Positions 23,854 through 37,900 of a DNA stretch of 39,602 bases are shown piece by piece; the first letter of the stretch is position 1, and each line of letters opens with the position of its first letter. The stretch is from Atractiella rhizophila (taxonomy: Eukaryota), in assembly GCA_021432655.1 (NCBI GenBank), contig MU271211.1, positions 78,858 through 118,459 of the forward strand, read 5' to 3'. The notes below the pieces were generated by a model. It made no database searches and was not told where the DNA came from. It worked only from the letters and a program-made list of their open reading frames with translations. Position numbers and translations under genes: made by a program.

Positions 23854-25096
23854 ATGCCTCATAAGATGCCAATTCTCAACGGTGGCATTCCAACCAGCAC
23901 CGTGAGTGTTTCAGGTAGACACGGCGGCTTGATACTGACTGTACCTAAGGACATTGCTCCAACAATCATTTTCTTGATCATCCACATCGTCCTCTTCTTC
24001 CTCACCCTCCGCAATCTCGTCCTCTTGGCCCCTCGTCGTGCACTATACGTAGCACACCGACCGTTAGGGTTCTACCTAGGCCGCTTTCCCTTCTTGGCCT
24101 TACGAATCGTCCAAGCTGCAGGGATTGGGCGGAACAATAAATCGATCAATATCATGCAGGAAATTGAAGTTTCGATTGGGCACTTCCCCTTCATTTACAC
24201 AGTGGTGGATTTGCTCCCTATCTTGGTGGGACGACTGCATGGAAAGAGGTACACCAGATTGGCTAAATTGGTGGTTTTCGGGCTCAGTGTTCGTAATTTT
24301 GCACACATTCGAGACCTTCGAGCTAATCGACGAAAACGGATCACAAAGAACCTTCTACTTGGAGCCGTAAGCAGTCCAGTTACTCAAAAATACCAGTTCA
24401 GGTGTTGAAGCGGCAAACAGACGGCTACAGGTATACTGGAAGGAACATGGTGGCAGTCGGCCCGTAATGGATCTTTTTCGAAACAGGACCTTGTCATCCT
24501 TCTCAGACAGATAACCAACATCCTCCCCTTCGTCGTGTGCTGCATTTTAGTCGACGCTTTGCTCCGCGTCATAAGGGAGCGGCAACATTACTTCAGGACA
24601 GGAAAGAAGATGGGATGGATTTGGTGGCCCTTGAATGTGTCTCGAGGCACAGACTTTGGAAAGATATCATCCGACAGTCTCTGGTTTGCAGCATGCATCC
24701 TCGTTCCAGAGGTACCTCTTTTCCTCTTCTGTGGGCAAAATCACGCTGAGTAAGAGGGAAACGTAGTTCGTGACGACCCTTTACAAGGTAATCATCGCCG
24801 ACTTCCACCTTGTACCCACTCCACAGGACCCCGCCTCCTACCCCCTCCCCGTACAACTTTTCAGCGCGACTCCACGGTCGAACGGTCTCTTCTACACCCT
24901 TCAACTCCTCATGGACTGTTGTGCTCTCGTCCCTTATGCAATCTTCGACGTGAGGAAGATTTATGGGCTTGAAGGAAGATGGGGGTGGAAGGTTGGAAAA
25001 CCGGAGACTGCTGCAGAACAGCAGGAGACAGAAGGAACGAGAGTGGAAGAGAGAGACGGAAACGAATTGGACACTTTGAGGCCGCGGCCAACTTGA
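23854..25096 (+). CDS. Multi-pass (about 7 TM) membrane protein, DUF3112/RTA1-like, paralogue 3
   Basis: Exons 23854-23901, 23950-24288, 24349-24366, 24421-24711, 24767-25096. Same conserved blocks as paralogues 1 and 2. Confidence 0.8.
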
Positions 25097-25958
25097 TTCA
25101 TTTCGGTTTTCACTTGGATATTAAGGCTCCGCGTGATATCATGTGCTGGCTCGACCATCAGTAGAACTATTTACACTTGCGGAAGCAAGATGGCTTGAGA
25201 GACAAGCATTACAAGAGGAGTAGCATTTTTGCGAAACAAGCTACAACGGCGCGAAGTTTGCATCGGTGGTTGAAATGGGGCGACAACGTACAGCCGGCAG
25301 TTGCTATCGCTTTCGTTTGAAAAGCAACCAGTGATTTGAGAACTAACGGAACTGGAGCTGTAATGAAGACTGCTCATTGGGTCAAAGCTTCCATGTAACC
25401 TGAGAACAATTTTAGGCTGCTTCGACTCGGGCTTAAGCTTTGGCATGCTAGAAGAGCAGCTGAATAGTGTCATGATGGAAGAAAAGCAAAGGTCTTGGAA
25501 GACAACGAACGGTCCAATGGCCAAGATCGTCACTTCATGTTATTAAGAACAGGGAGGCCCAATTCGATCCAAGCATCAAACATGGGTTGAGCGACGCGTA
25601 CTTGAGCACAGGCCATGCTTCGCGAACGAGCAGATACAGGAATGTCAGACAAATCCATCCTTCCTGCGAAACTCGACGTTGACATTCAGCGGTGGAAACA
25701 CCACGCTTTTACCATGAGCTGCGTCCACGGCTAGCATGGAAGAGAAGCAAACACATGCCGTCCCCGCTCGTTGACCTCAAAACTTGAATAATGAGAGCAG
25801 ACGCGGCGCACCATCATCGATATCGATACAGTATGCATCCATCTTAAATCCCTCACTCTCATCCATTGCCCAGCAGCATAACTGCACCTAACTGCACCAT
25901 CCACAAAGCTCAGAGCGTACTCTTTGCCAATCTGCTGCTGTTGCTGACTGACTGCGCA

Positions 25959-28900
25959 ATGTCTTCCGGTGCTGATCCGCGGGTTCCTAACCGCAGCCAC
26001 AGGGCTACCAACAAAAGCGACGACTCTCTCCCCTCCCCAGTCACATTCTCCTCCAGCCACCACACCGCATTGGGCATATCCTCCAAATCCGACCGTCCCC
26101 TGTCTCTGTCCCTGGCGGACTCTCCGATCAACATACCCACACCTAATTTCTCTGCCTCGGATTCGGCAGTGCGACCACAGGGTGCTCAGTCATCCTCGCC
26201 TTTTGCCATCAGCATCAATATTGCTCCACAAACGACCAACACGAAGACGAAGATGGCTACCTCTCTATCATATTTGCCGGATAAAATATTGGACGTCCTC
26301 TCGCCTAGGACAAACAAAGTGTTCCTCCCGAATGAGGGGAGCTCGTCCAACCTGATTGGAGGAGTGCCATTGAAGAGCCCGAGGAAGGGAGAAGTGGTAC
26401 TTGACTTGGACGGGTTGGATGAATTAGAGGCGGAGGAAGGTGGGAAGGGAAGAGAGACATGTCAACTCAGGGTGGAATACATGACTTGTGGTGCTGTGAG
26501 TGCTTTTCTTCATTCCGAGGAGAGGGAGATACGCTTTCCTCAACCAAGACACTTGTTGAGCGACTTTGATGCTGGCTCATAACACTTCTTCTCCATTGAC
26601 GCACTGGTTGCTACCATCTAATATTAGCAACCATGAAACCTGCACTTTTTCATCATTCTTTATGCTTCTAGCGTTAACCATCCACTACGCGCTGCGGCAC
26701 AGCTAGAGAAAACGAGTTGTTACTTCACTGCGTAAGGCTCCAATGATTACCAGAGGGCAGGTGGTGCTCTTGTAACCGCTTTTCACGAGAGTCACTTATT
26801 TGTAATGAAGAAAGATTATCTGTGGATGCTCACTTGGCTTTATGTATACCACAAAGATGCACTTGATTGTCTCCAGATTCTCGTCGGATCAACTGGAGAG
26901 GTGTTGTTCACAGAGACCTTAACAAACACCTTGAATGAAGCTCTTTTTTTGATGCGCTTCTGTTTGCCTCATGTTACTCTTCCTTGCATGCAACATGCAG
27001 ACGAGAAAGAGGCTTTGAGATCCGTGAGCTCAATAGAAATCTGGTCCAGACGACTATTCCTGATCAAAATGTTGCCTGAACTTGAACTTGCGGAAGTTCT
27101 ACTTAATAAATACCTAACCGTACGGGTACTATCTTTAACACCTCTCAACAAGACCGCACTATTCATCTTGTTGTCATATTATATCGTTCTAGATGCATTC
27201 CTTGTTGAAAGATTTTCTCCGGCCTCTCAATTCAGGCTCTTCCGCCGTCGTTTGAGTAGGCTAGAGTCGTTGTCATAGATTTGGAACATTACCAGCAGTC
27301 TGTACGTATTGGTTGGCTGCAGAATAGCGAACATCATCGTCCTTTTTGCTTTGTGACAAGGACCGTCGACATTTTGCTACTTTCATTCTCTCATCGGCGA
27401 TGATTCGAGGCCCTTCTATTGCGAATCCATGTCTTTTAATTTGAGTTAGAAAAATGTTCTTGATCCTCTCTGTATCAGAGAATCTCATCTTCTTTTTTGC
27501 ACTTGCTAATTGATTTTCATCAGTGTGTCGCGAGCATAGAAGGTGGACTTAGAGGACAAGAAGGCATACATAGCATTCAAGTAGCTTTGTTGTAAGTCTT
27601 ACTCTCGGTTATTCCGTGTGCTGCTTCTGATCATTTCGAAGAGCGGAACGAGCGACGGTCGAATATGATCCCTCAATTTGGAACCCGAATCGAATAGCAG
27701 AGGAGATCAACGACATGGGATTCGAAGCGACACCGCTAGAAGAATCAGATGTTGAGAAGGTTGCGTTTACAGTGTATGGTCTCTCATCGGCCGCCCAACT
27801 CTCAGCGCTCCAAACTGCCCTCATCTCTCATGCTGGAGTCCTTTCCTGCATCGTCGAACCGCATACCAACACCGCTGCTGTGGCCTCTCTCACCTTCACC
27901 CGTAGCCTTACGACCCCACGAAGTATCTCGGAGTGCATTTCCGAGAAGGGCTACGATCCTGTTCTCAATCAGGTATCCGAGTCAAACTCCCAACTAGATT
28001 CGTTAGCAAGAACAAAGGAAATCGGGGAATGGCGACGCGCTTTTCGAATTTCTTTATCCTTTGCCATCCCTGTCTTCTTCCTCTCGATGGTGGTTCCTAT
28101 GGTCCCGTTCTGTCGACACGCTATAACGGATATGCCTTTCATCCTTCATAACCTTTACCTCGGAGACCTGCTTTGTCTGGCGTTGACCATTCCGGTCCAA
28201 TTTGGCGTCGGCAAGAGGTTCTACTCCTCAGCATGGAAGGCGTTAAAACATCGGTCGGCCACAATGGATGTGCTCGTCGTCATCGGCACCTCTGCAGCTT
28301 TCGCTTACTCAGTCTTCGTCATGATCTTTGCAATCTTTACCCCCGAACAAGGATATCACCCACACGCTTTCTTCGACACGTCCACAATGTTGATCACCTT
28401 CATCTCCGGCGGGAGACTGCTCGAAAATCTTGCGAAAGGACAGACGTCCGCTGCACTGAGCAAACTGATGTCCCTCACTCCTTCAACGAGCACAATCTAT
28501 ATTGATCCCGAGTGCACGAGAACCAAGAAGGTCCCTACCGAGCTCATCCAGGTTGGAGACGTTGTCAAGATTGTTAGTGGAGACAAGATCCCGGCTGATG
28601 GAGTGGTAGAGAAAGGAGAGAGCTCAATCGACGAATCTATGGTCACCGGAGAGGTCATTCCTGTTCTCAAGCACATAGGCGACCAAGTTATTGGAGGGAC
28701 CGTGAACGGGACCGGACAATTCGACATGCGCGTCACACGAGCCGGAAAGGATACTGCGCTCTCTCAAATCGTCAAACTCGTCCAGGACGCTCAAGTTTCC
28801 AAGGCTCCGATTCAAGCATTCGCCGATAAAGTCGCTGGCTATTTCGTACCTATTGTGATCTCGCTCGGATTCCTTGCGTTCTCTGTCTGGATGTGCATCG

Positions 28901-30496
28901 CGTTCACAGCAGACGATATCTCTTCTCTACCCATGACATTCATGGAGCCCGGATCCAACAGATTTATGGTCTGTCTCAAGATCGCCATATCCGTTATCGT
29001 CATCGCCTGCCCTTGCGCCCTGGGTCTTTCCACGCCCACGGCAGTCATGGTCGGAACCGGAGTTGGAGCTCAGCATGGAATCTTGATCAAGGGAGCTGGG
29101 CCCCTCGAAGCATCCCATGAAGTTGACCGCATTGTCTTAGACAAGACAGGAACTTTGACGGTGGGAAAAATGACCGTCGTGAAGGTCAAATGGATGGGTG
29201 TGGAAGATGGAAACGAAAAGTTGAGCGGTGAAGAGGGTCAACGTGTGGTCTGGACTGTCGTCAGCGCTGCAGAGACAAAATCGGAACATCCTCTGGCGAA
29301 AGCTGTAGCCGAGCACGGATTGAAGCAAATTCAGCGCGCAGCGGTGGACGCTTCGATTGATGTCCAGAAGTTCGAAAGCGTCACTGGTCAAGGAATCAAG
29401 TGCTCAGTCGCTCTCTTGTCGCAGTCCTACAACGTCCAAATCGGCAACTCAGGCTTCTTAACTTCCCATAATGTCCTTCTGCCTCCATCTCTTTCCTCAT
29501 TCCTCGCGAATGAACAGGCTAGCGGGCACACTGTCATCCTGTGTGCTCTAAACGGCGTTCTCGTCTGCTCTATCTCTCTCGCCGATTCACTTAAGCCCGA
29601 AGCGAAGCAGGCCGTAGCTGCCCTTCAATGGATGGGCATCAATGTTCATATGGTCACTGGGGATCAAGAAGCAACGGCGAAAGCGATAGCGAAGAAGGCT
29701 GGTATTCCACTGGATCATGTGCATGCCGGAGTGAGCCCGAATGGCAAACGAGCCATTGTAGAGAGGATGCAAGAGGGTGGCAAGCACAAAGTGGCTATGG
29801 TCTGTCTTACATCATGTCCACCTTACGAGATGATTGATGATCGTTCCACAGGTCGGAGATGGAGTCAACGACTCTCCAGGCCTAGCCGCTGCCGATGTTG
29901 GAATCGCACTTTGTAGTGGCACGGACATCGCGATGGAAGCAGCAGATGTTGTTCTTATGCGTTCCGACCTCCTAGATGTTGTCGCCGCCATAGATTTGAG
30001 TCGACGGATCTTTCGTCAAATTCGACTAAACTTCTTGTGAGTATTTTGCTCCCTCGATATGCCTCAGACTAAATGAGCCGACTTTAGGTGGGCAACAGTC
30101 TATAATCTCATCGGCATCCCGTTGGCCATGGGAGTCTTCCTTCCATGGGGTTTCCACGTCCATCCCATGATGGCAGGTGCGGCAATGGCATTTTCATCCG
30201 TCTCTGTCGTCCTCTCCTCCCTCACGCTCAGATTCTGGAGGAGGCCTAAGCGTGCAAGAAGGGCGGACGATCCGTTAGGTGATAAGGAAGAGGGGATGCT
30301 TCACGAGGTATTTGGGGAGTTGAAGGACCGGACGATGGAGTTGTGGGATAGAGCTCTTAAGTTCGTGAATATGCGCAAAGGCAGAGCGAGACGCGGATAT
30401 GCCCTTGTGGGACAAGAAGAGGAAGAGGAAGAGGAGCAGACTACCCCAAGAGCTACCCGAGGTTTTAGCAAGAGAGATGAGTATGACGTGGTGTAG
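25959..30496 (+). CDS. CCC2: Copper-transporting P1B-1 type ATPase (CCC2/ATP7-like)
   Basis: HMA YMTCGA|CVASIE (split by intron 26496-27523), TGE actuator (SMVTGE), [14 protein letters not shown] phosphorylation site, [19 protein letters not shown] and [11 protein letters not shown]u+ signature. Start may be 25959 or 26252. Confidence 0.95.
26496..27523 (+). other. Unusually long (1,028 bp) first intron of the Cu-ATPase, containing a 157-codon same-strand ORF (26805-27278)
   Basis: Donor gtgagt at 26496, branch gctaat at about 27505, acceptor tcatcag at 27523. The flanking exons rebuild MTCGACVASIE. Confidence 0.85.
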
Positions 30497-30744
30497 ATTA
30501 TCGATTCCCTGCGTTCTTGATACCATTGTTGTACTTCGTTATTCATTTTTATGGACCTCAAATTCGATCGTTTTTCTTTCCACTCTAAGTAATGATGCAA
30601 CATATCAATCAAAGTGCGTAAAGCTATACAGGAAACGTCCTGAGCGAACGCAGCAAAGTTCAGCCTGTTTTCAATCACGACATAGACTGCAAGAACAAAC
30701 AACTTCAAGTTGACGCCAACGACCATCGTTATCGCCACTGCACC

Positions 30745-33156
30745 ATGAAGATCCTCGACATTCTTTCTAATCTCTCGCCTTCCGAGCCATATTACACGTT
30801 CGAATTCTTCCCTCCGAAGACAGACCAAGGTCTTTCGAACCTCTACGCGCGCCTTGCGCGAATGTCCCATCTCCATCCAAAATGGGTTCATGTCACTTGG
30901 GGAGCCGGGGGGAGCACGAAGGATAGGTCTTTGGAGCTGGCACAGGCTGTGCGAGAGGTCATGAATGAGGAATTGGGAGAGGAGGGGAAGATCGATGTGT
31001 GTTTGCACCTGACTTGCACAAATATTCGTGAGGGAGAAATTGAAGACACTATTGCTGTGCGTTTCTCGAGTTCTTGCTTGATACATTTTTCTAACTCCAT
31101 GAACAGGAAATCAAGAAAGCTGGTATCCAGAATATCCTTGCCCTTCGAGGAGGTGGGGTGCCTTGCGGTTCCTATCGTTAAATACTCACGGGGAGAATCA
31201 GATCCACCGAGAGGAGAGGAGTCTTGGATACCATCAGATCCGCGATTTCAACACGCTATAGACCTCGTAAAATATCTGAAGGAGCATCATGACGACTACT
31301 TCTGTATTGGAGTCGCCGGTATGCCCTATGGCTCACGATGGCTTGTACTGATTGCAGACGCAGGCTATCCTGAGGGATGGTCTGATTCCTCAACTCACAG
31401 TCTCACCCTTGAAGAAAAGAAGACGGAGATGCAATACTTGCGAGAGAAAGTAGACGCCGGCGCAGACTTCATTGTCACACAGTTATTCTACGATGTAGAG
31501 GCGTTCACTCAATGGCATACAGATTGCAGGAGTGCAGGTTGGCCTCACTGAGTGCGCGAGATGATATACTAACGATACTTCAAGGTATCAAAGTCCCAAT
31601 CCTTCCTGGAACTATGCCAATCCAAAGTTACTCTACTTTCCGCCGAATAACGAAACTGTGCCATGTTAAAATCCCTCCACAAGTCCTCGCCGACTTGGAA
31701 CCGATTGCCGTATGCTCTTTCTTACTAGTTAATCCCTTTCTGAGGTAACTTGGATGTGTAGGGCAATGATGCCAAAGTCAAAGAATACGGCATCAGCCTC
31801 GCGATTTCTACTATCCGGACTCTTTGGGATCAAGGAATCCGCGGCTTTCACTTCTGCACTCTGAATTTGGAACGATCCGTAAAGAAAGTCTTGGAGGGAT
31901 TAGAATGGGTAGATGAAGAAGAGGTGGAAAAGGGAGGAAAGGAATCGATGACTGACAATCGACTGATCACTACTACCGTCCGTCTCTCGTCCACTAATGC
32001 TCTATCCAAGTTGTAATATCTTTGGTGCCGAGCAGACATCTTCGACTCTCAGCCCAGTGCCTATAAAGCAGCAAACGAATGGAACTCCTGCCATCCATCA
32101 TGACGAATCATCCCTCTCAGTCTCTCCTCGAGATGCAATTAGGGAGACAAGGAATAGGAGAGCATCGATTACGATGATGGAGGATGATCCTCGACAGGAA
32201 GGAAAGACGACTTGGGACGAATTTCCCAACGGTCGATTCGGAGACGCTCGCTCGCCTGTCAGTCTCGTCCTCCTATGAGGTTTATTCGCCGTGCTAACGA
32301 TGAACTGGTCAGGCATATGGAGAGATAGATGGATGGGGAGTCTCACTGAAGATGTCTGCACGTTTCTACTTGGTCTCCTCTATGATATTGGTTAGTAATG
32401 TAGGCCACAGCGGACAGAAGCTACCAAGCTCTGGGGATCTCCAGAAACAGAGTCCGACATATCCGACATCTTCATCTCCTACCTAAAAGGCAACATCACG
32501 TCCATACCGTGGTCGGATGAACCAGTTCTGTCTGAAACAACCGCCATCTATCCACATCTGACGTCTCTCAACTCTCGCAAATGGTGGACCGTCGCTTCCC
32601 AACCAGCTGTCGACGGAATCTCCTCTTCGAACAGCGTTTACGGGTTCGGGCCATCGGGAGGTTACGTGTACCAGAAGGCATTTGTAGAACTGTTCATCCC
32701 GCTCGAAGATTTAGAGAGGCTGGTTAGGCGGATAGGAAAGTTGGAGGACGAGGATTGGGAGAAGGGGCAGGCAATCAAGTTCTTCGCTTCCAACAAGAAG
32801 GGTGAGTGGAAGTCGAACATGGGAGAAGAGGAGGTGAACGCGGTCACTTGGGCCGTCTTTGACGGGAAGGAGATAGCAACGACGACTCTGATTGAAAAGT
32901 TGAGCTTCAAAGCTTGGACTGTCCGTCCCCCTCCCCTCCTTTTTCCACCATTGGACTTTCGTTACCGTGCTGATGAATGGTGGATGTACAGGAGGAAGCG
33001 TTCGCGTTGTGGGAAGAATGGGAGCAGCTTTATGCTCCCAATTCGAGGAGTCGAAAGCTTCTACGAGACATAGGAGAGACAAGGTGGCTGATAAGTATCG
33101 TCCATCACGACTACAAGGACGATAAGGCGCTATGGAACTTCCTTTTGGAACATTGA
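30745..33156 (+). CDS. MET12: Methylenetetrahydrofolate reductase (MET12-type)
   Basis: FEFFPPKT, VTWGAGGS, HLTCTN, ALRG|DPPRG, GVA|GYPEG, GADFIVTQLFYD, GFHFCTLNLE, TWDEFPNGRFGDARSP|AYGEIDGWG, GYVYQKAFVE, NAVTW. About 9 short introns; stop at 33154-33156. Confidence 0.93.
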
Positions 33157-33302
33157 AGAATGTTTAAGAAACAGAAAATGATGTATAATTATCGAAATGC
33201 AAACTAATCCTCGCAATATCCCAGAATCAAAGGAGACAAAGCCCGCACGTCTCAAGAAGTCGTGATGGGATCGATCAAGAGAGGCAGGGGCTATAAAGGC
33301 AC

Positions 33303-34808
<1,506 letters not shown>

Positions 34809-34915
34809 CGTTTCTCTTTATTTTGTTGTAAGGCTTGGAACTTTGAGTCATGCTGTATCATGTGATTTCTCTTGATCAGAATCTGTCTGCGATTCCAGCT
34901 GTAGAAGCTACATCC

Positions 34916-37900
34916 ATGTCGGCACTCGAAGAGGCGATAGAAGATTCGGTCCCTACGCAGGTACTCGCGGAAGTGAGTGCGGCCGATGCAGAAGAGAAGC
35001 TGCTGGATATCAAAAAAACACTTTCCACCAAATCCATCATTAAACATCCGTTCGTATCTCGTGAATATCGTATTTATTTTATCTACATCGTAAATGTGCC
35101 ATATTATAAATTTATTTCTTCTCTTTGTGTTATGTATCTAGCTTCGATACATATCATCATCGTCTTTGAGCAACAAATTCTCTCCAAAGTTCAAAAGCTG
35201 ATAATCCTGCACAGAAAATGGATTCAAGACTCCATAACGTACAGCCTGTTGCATGCAAATCTCACGAACAGCACTCGCAGTCACACACTGGACATCCTGC
35301 TCCTTTCCCTCTCCCACCTCCCTGTCGACTCAGATAATTCAGACCAACAGCAGCAGCTCCCCATCCGATCCATAGTGCATCTCCTCTGGCATACGTTTTC
35401 TCTCTCAACCAACTACCAGCCTTTGCTATATAGAGTCACCTCCCTCCTCACCGCCCTCCTCAAATATTCCAGGGTCCCCGCTTGTGCAGCTATCTGGGAT
35501 ATCGTCCAAGATGCACCATTTGCGAAGAAACGTACCCTCGTCTTCCTTTCCGAGATCCTTCCGCACGTCCAACAACAGCAACAGCAACAACAGCGTAATC
35601 CACAAGGCCAAGAGAGCGCATTCGGATGGGAACAGATCCTCCAGCGTCACGGACGACTGGGACTGTGGGAGATGGCCATTGATCTTCTGCATAAGACGGA
35701 AGTGGCGAACCTGCTCTCTCGGGTGGCCGCGTCCTGGATTGGAATTCTTTGCGATCCTGATATTGGTGGAGGACTGGACATCGGAGAGAGACAAAGAGTT
35801 GTAGATTGTTTGTCACAATGCGTTTTGGACCGGCGGAGGAGAGCAGCGGCCACGACATATCTCTTGAAGACTTTGGCGAAAGATCATTTGGAGCTGCTAT
35901 CTTCACTTTATGAGCGTCTGGAGTCCTCTACAGCCGAAGGTATAGGAGAAGGAATCTCGGATCGAGATGCAAATCGTCTTGAGTCCCTGTTGAGCATCTC
36001 CAAACTCTGTCCAACCGAGTTCAAGGTGCCTCCTTCCCTCCTCACCAGACTAACTCTGAACCGTTCCTACACCCTTCGCGCCTCCGCCTTTTCCCTCCTC
36101 GTCACCTCCTACCCCTCTCCGGACCCAAACCTCCCCTTCTCCTCCCTCTCGCACACGATTCTCCAATTCCTGATCACCGTCGCAGTCGAAGACAGGGCAT
36201 TCATACAAGAAGTCGTCGTCCAATCCATCCCCATGCTCATAAACAAGTTCCGATCCACCCCCTCCTCCATCGCAAACGGCGGACTACCCAATGAGCGAAA
36301 ACAGCTCCTCCACGCCATCTGGACACGCTCCCTCTTATCCCTGAATCCCCTCTCGCCCTTCAGGGTGCATGCCACTTCCCTCCGCATCCTTGCTTCACTC
36401 CTAGAGTCCGGTCTCGACCCTGCCTACCGAAATATCACACCTCTTCATTCACAAGAACGCAGGTGGTCTTTCTCTTTGGACTTAGTCACCCCCGAATTAG
36501 CTTGTAGACTCGTCATGATGCTCTTATCGAGTTATACGGAGTTGAGGGCCATCGCGGGACGGTTATTGAGCAACCTTCCGTCAAGCAAGTTAAACGAGGA
36601 GGGAGAGAAGGTAATCGTCTTTGCGGAGCGAGATTTGATTGATTTTAGAGAGAGGGGAAGAAGGATGGCGCGGTCTTCGAGAGAGAGCGAGGCGCGAGGA
36701 GGCGTCCAAGTTCTGGGATTGGTTTTTAGCAAACTCACCAATCCACAAGAACGAGGTGCATTCTTCAACTTGTTCTATTGAATGAAGAACGACGCTGACG
36801 CTTCGAGAGGTCATAGTGGAGCTGGTAGCTTCCTTATTGAGCGACCTGAACTCACAGATGGATGTGGCGGAGAGAAGCATCGTGGAAGCGAGCGAAAAAG
36901 GACCAATGTTCGGAACCCTCGCGGCGTTGGCTCACCTCCTTGGACTCTTAATTTCTCTTCCAGAAGCTGCAGCAGGGAGGGAAGGTGTTGAGATCATGAA
37001 AGGGCTGGTTGACGACTGCTGGAAGGTAGTGAAGCGTGCCTGGGCCGTCGTCCAAGTCGTGCTGTGAGCTTTTTACCGTCGTCGCCCGAGAACCCAAAGA
37101 TTGAAGGCGCAATATGCAGGTGTGATCCCGCTCCCGAAGGTTTGGACTTGCAGGACGATTTTGAGGTTTTGACTAGCGAGGGGTCGAGGGAGAAAAAGAT
37201 TCTGGCGACCACTTGGAGAACTATGAAAGTGCGCATCGTTCTCCCTCCACTTTCAGGGTTCATCCTTTAACCACGTCACGATATAATGTAGGGGGTTGGA
37301 GAGTTAGTGGAGACCCTGATTATTGCTCCTATGAAAGCCAAGCTTGAATTCAACGACTCCGAAAGGCTGGAGGAGACCGCCTCCCTCTTCTTCAGCTGGT
37401 TCACTACTATAAGGCACAGCGGAGCGTTCTCCTCCCTCTACCCCAATTTTGAGAAGATATGTAACACTCTCGTGGTCACAAGCCATTCCACAAGGGCCGC
37501 ACTGCAGTCCTGGCTGGACGTACGTTCATCCTCTTCATCCCTGATCCGTCCTCCCTTCCGGGAGTCATAAGGGTTAAGGAGCTGACGAGATGTTGATTGA
37601 AGCGCAGTATCGACTTCATCCTTGAAGACGCAGCTAGCAGGACGCGACGGAGCGGAGGAATACCGTTCTGCCTCCTCGGTCCTCTTACCTCCTTTGCTTC
37701 CCTCTCAAAAGAGGCAGCCGCGAATTCGAACCGAAAAGCAGCAAAACCGCACCAAGGTGTGAACCTCTTCCAAAATGCTTTGCAACGTCTCTTCCTCATG
37801 GCATCCGACAACTCTCTCACCGTCAATGTACGAGTTAACGCTTACAATTCTCTACGCGCCATATTCCAGTCTTCGAAATGTGCAACGGATACGGTGGCTT

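Noticed and set aside
25930..25955. Clustered GCTG motifs as Ace1/Cuf1 copper-response elements upstream of the ATPase
   Set aside because: The motif is too short and sits immediately before the ATG, probably in the 5' UTR; it cannot be supported from sequence alone.
26496..27523. Intronic C/D box snoRNA in the long ATPase intron
   Set aside because: I found no well-spaced RTGATGA...CTGA pair with a terminal stem by eye; a covariance-model search would be needed.
30301..31086. 261-aa minus-strand ORF and other antisense ORFs overlapping the called genes
   Set aside because: Shadow frames of well-supported genes on the opposite strand, with no recognisable motifs.
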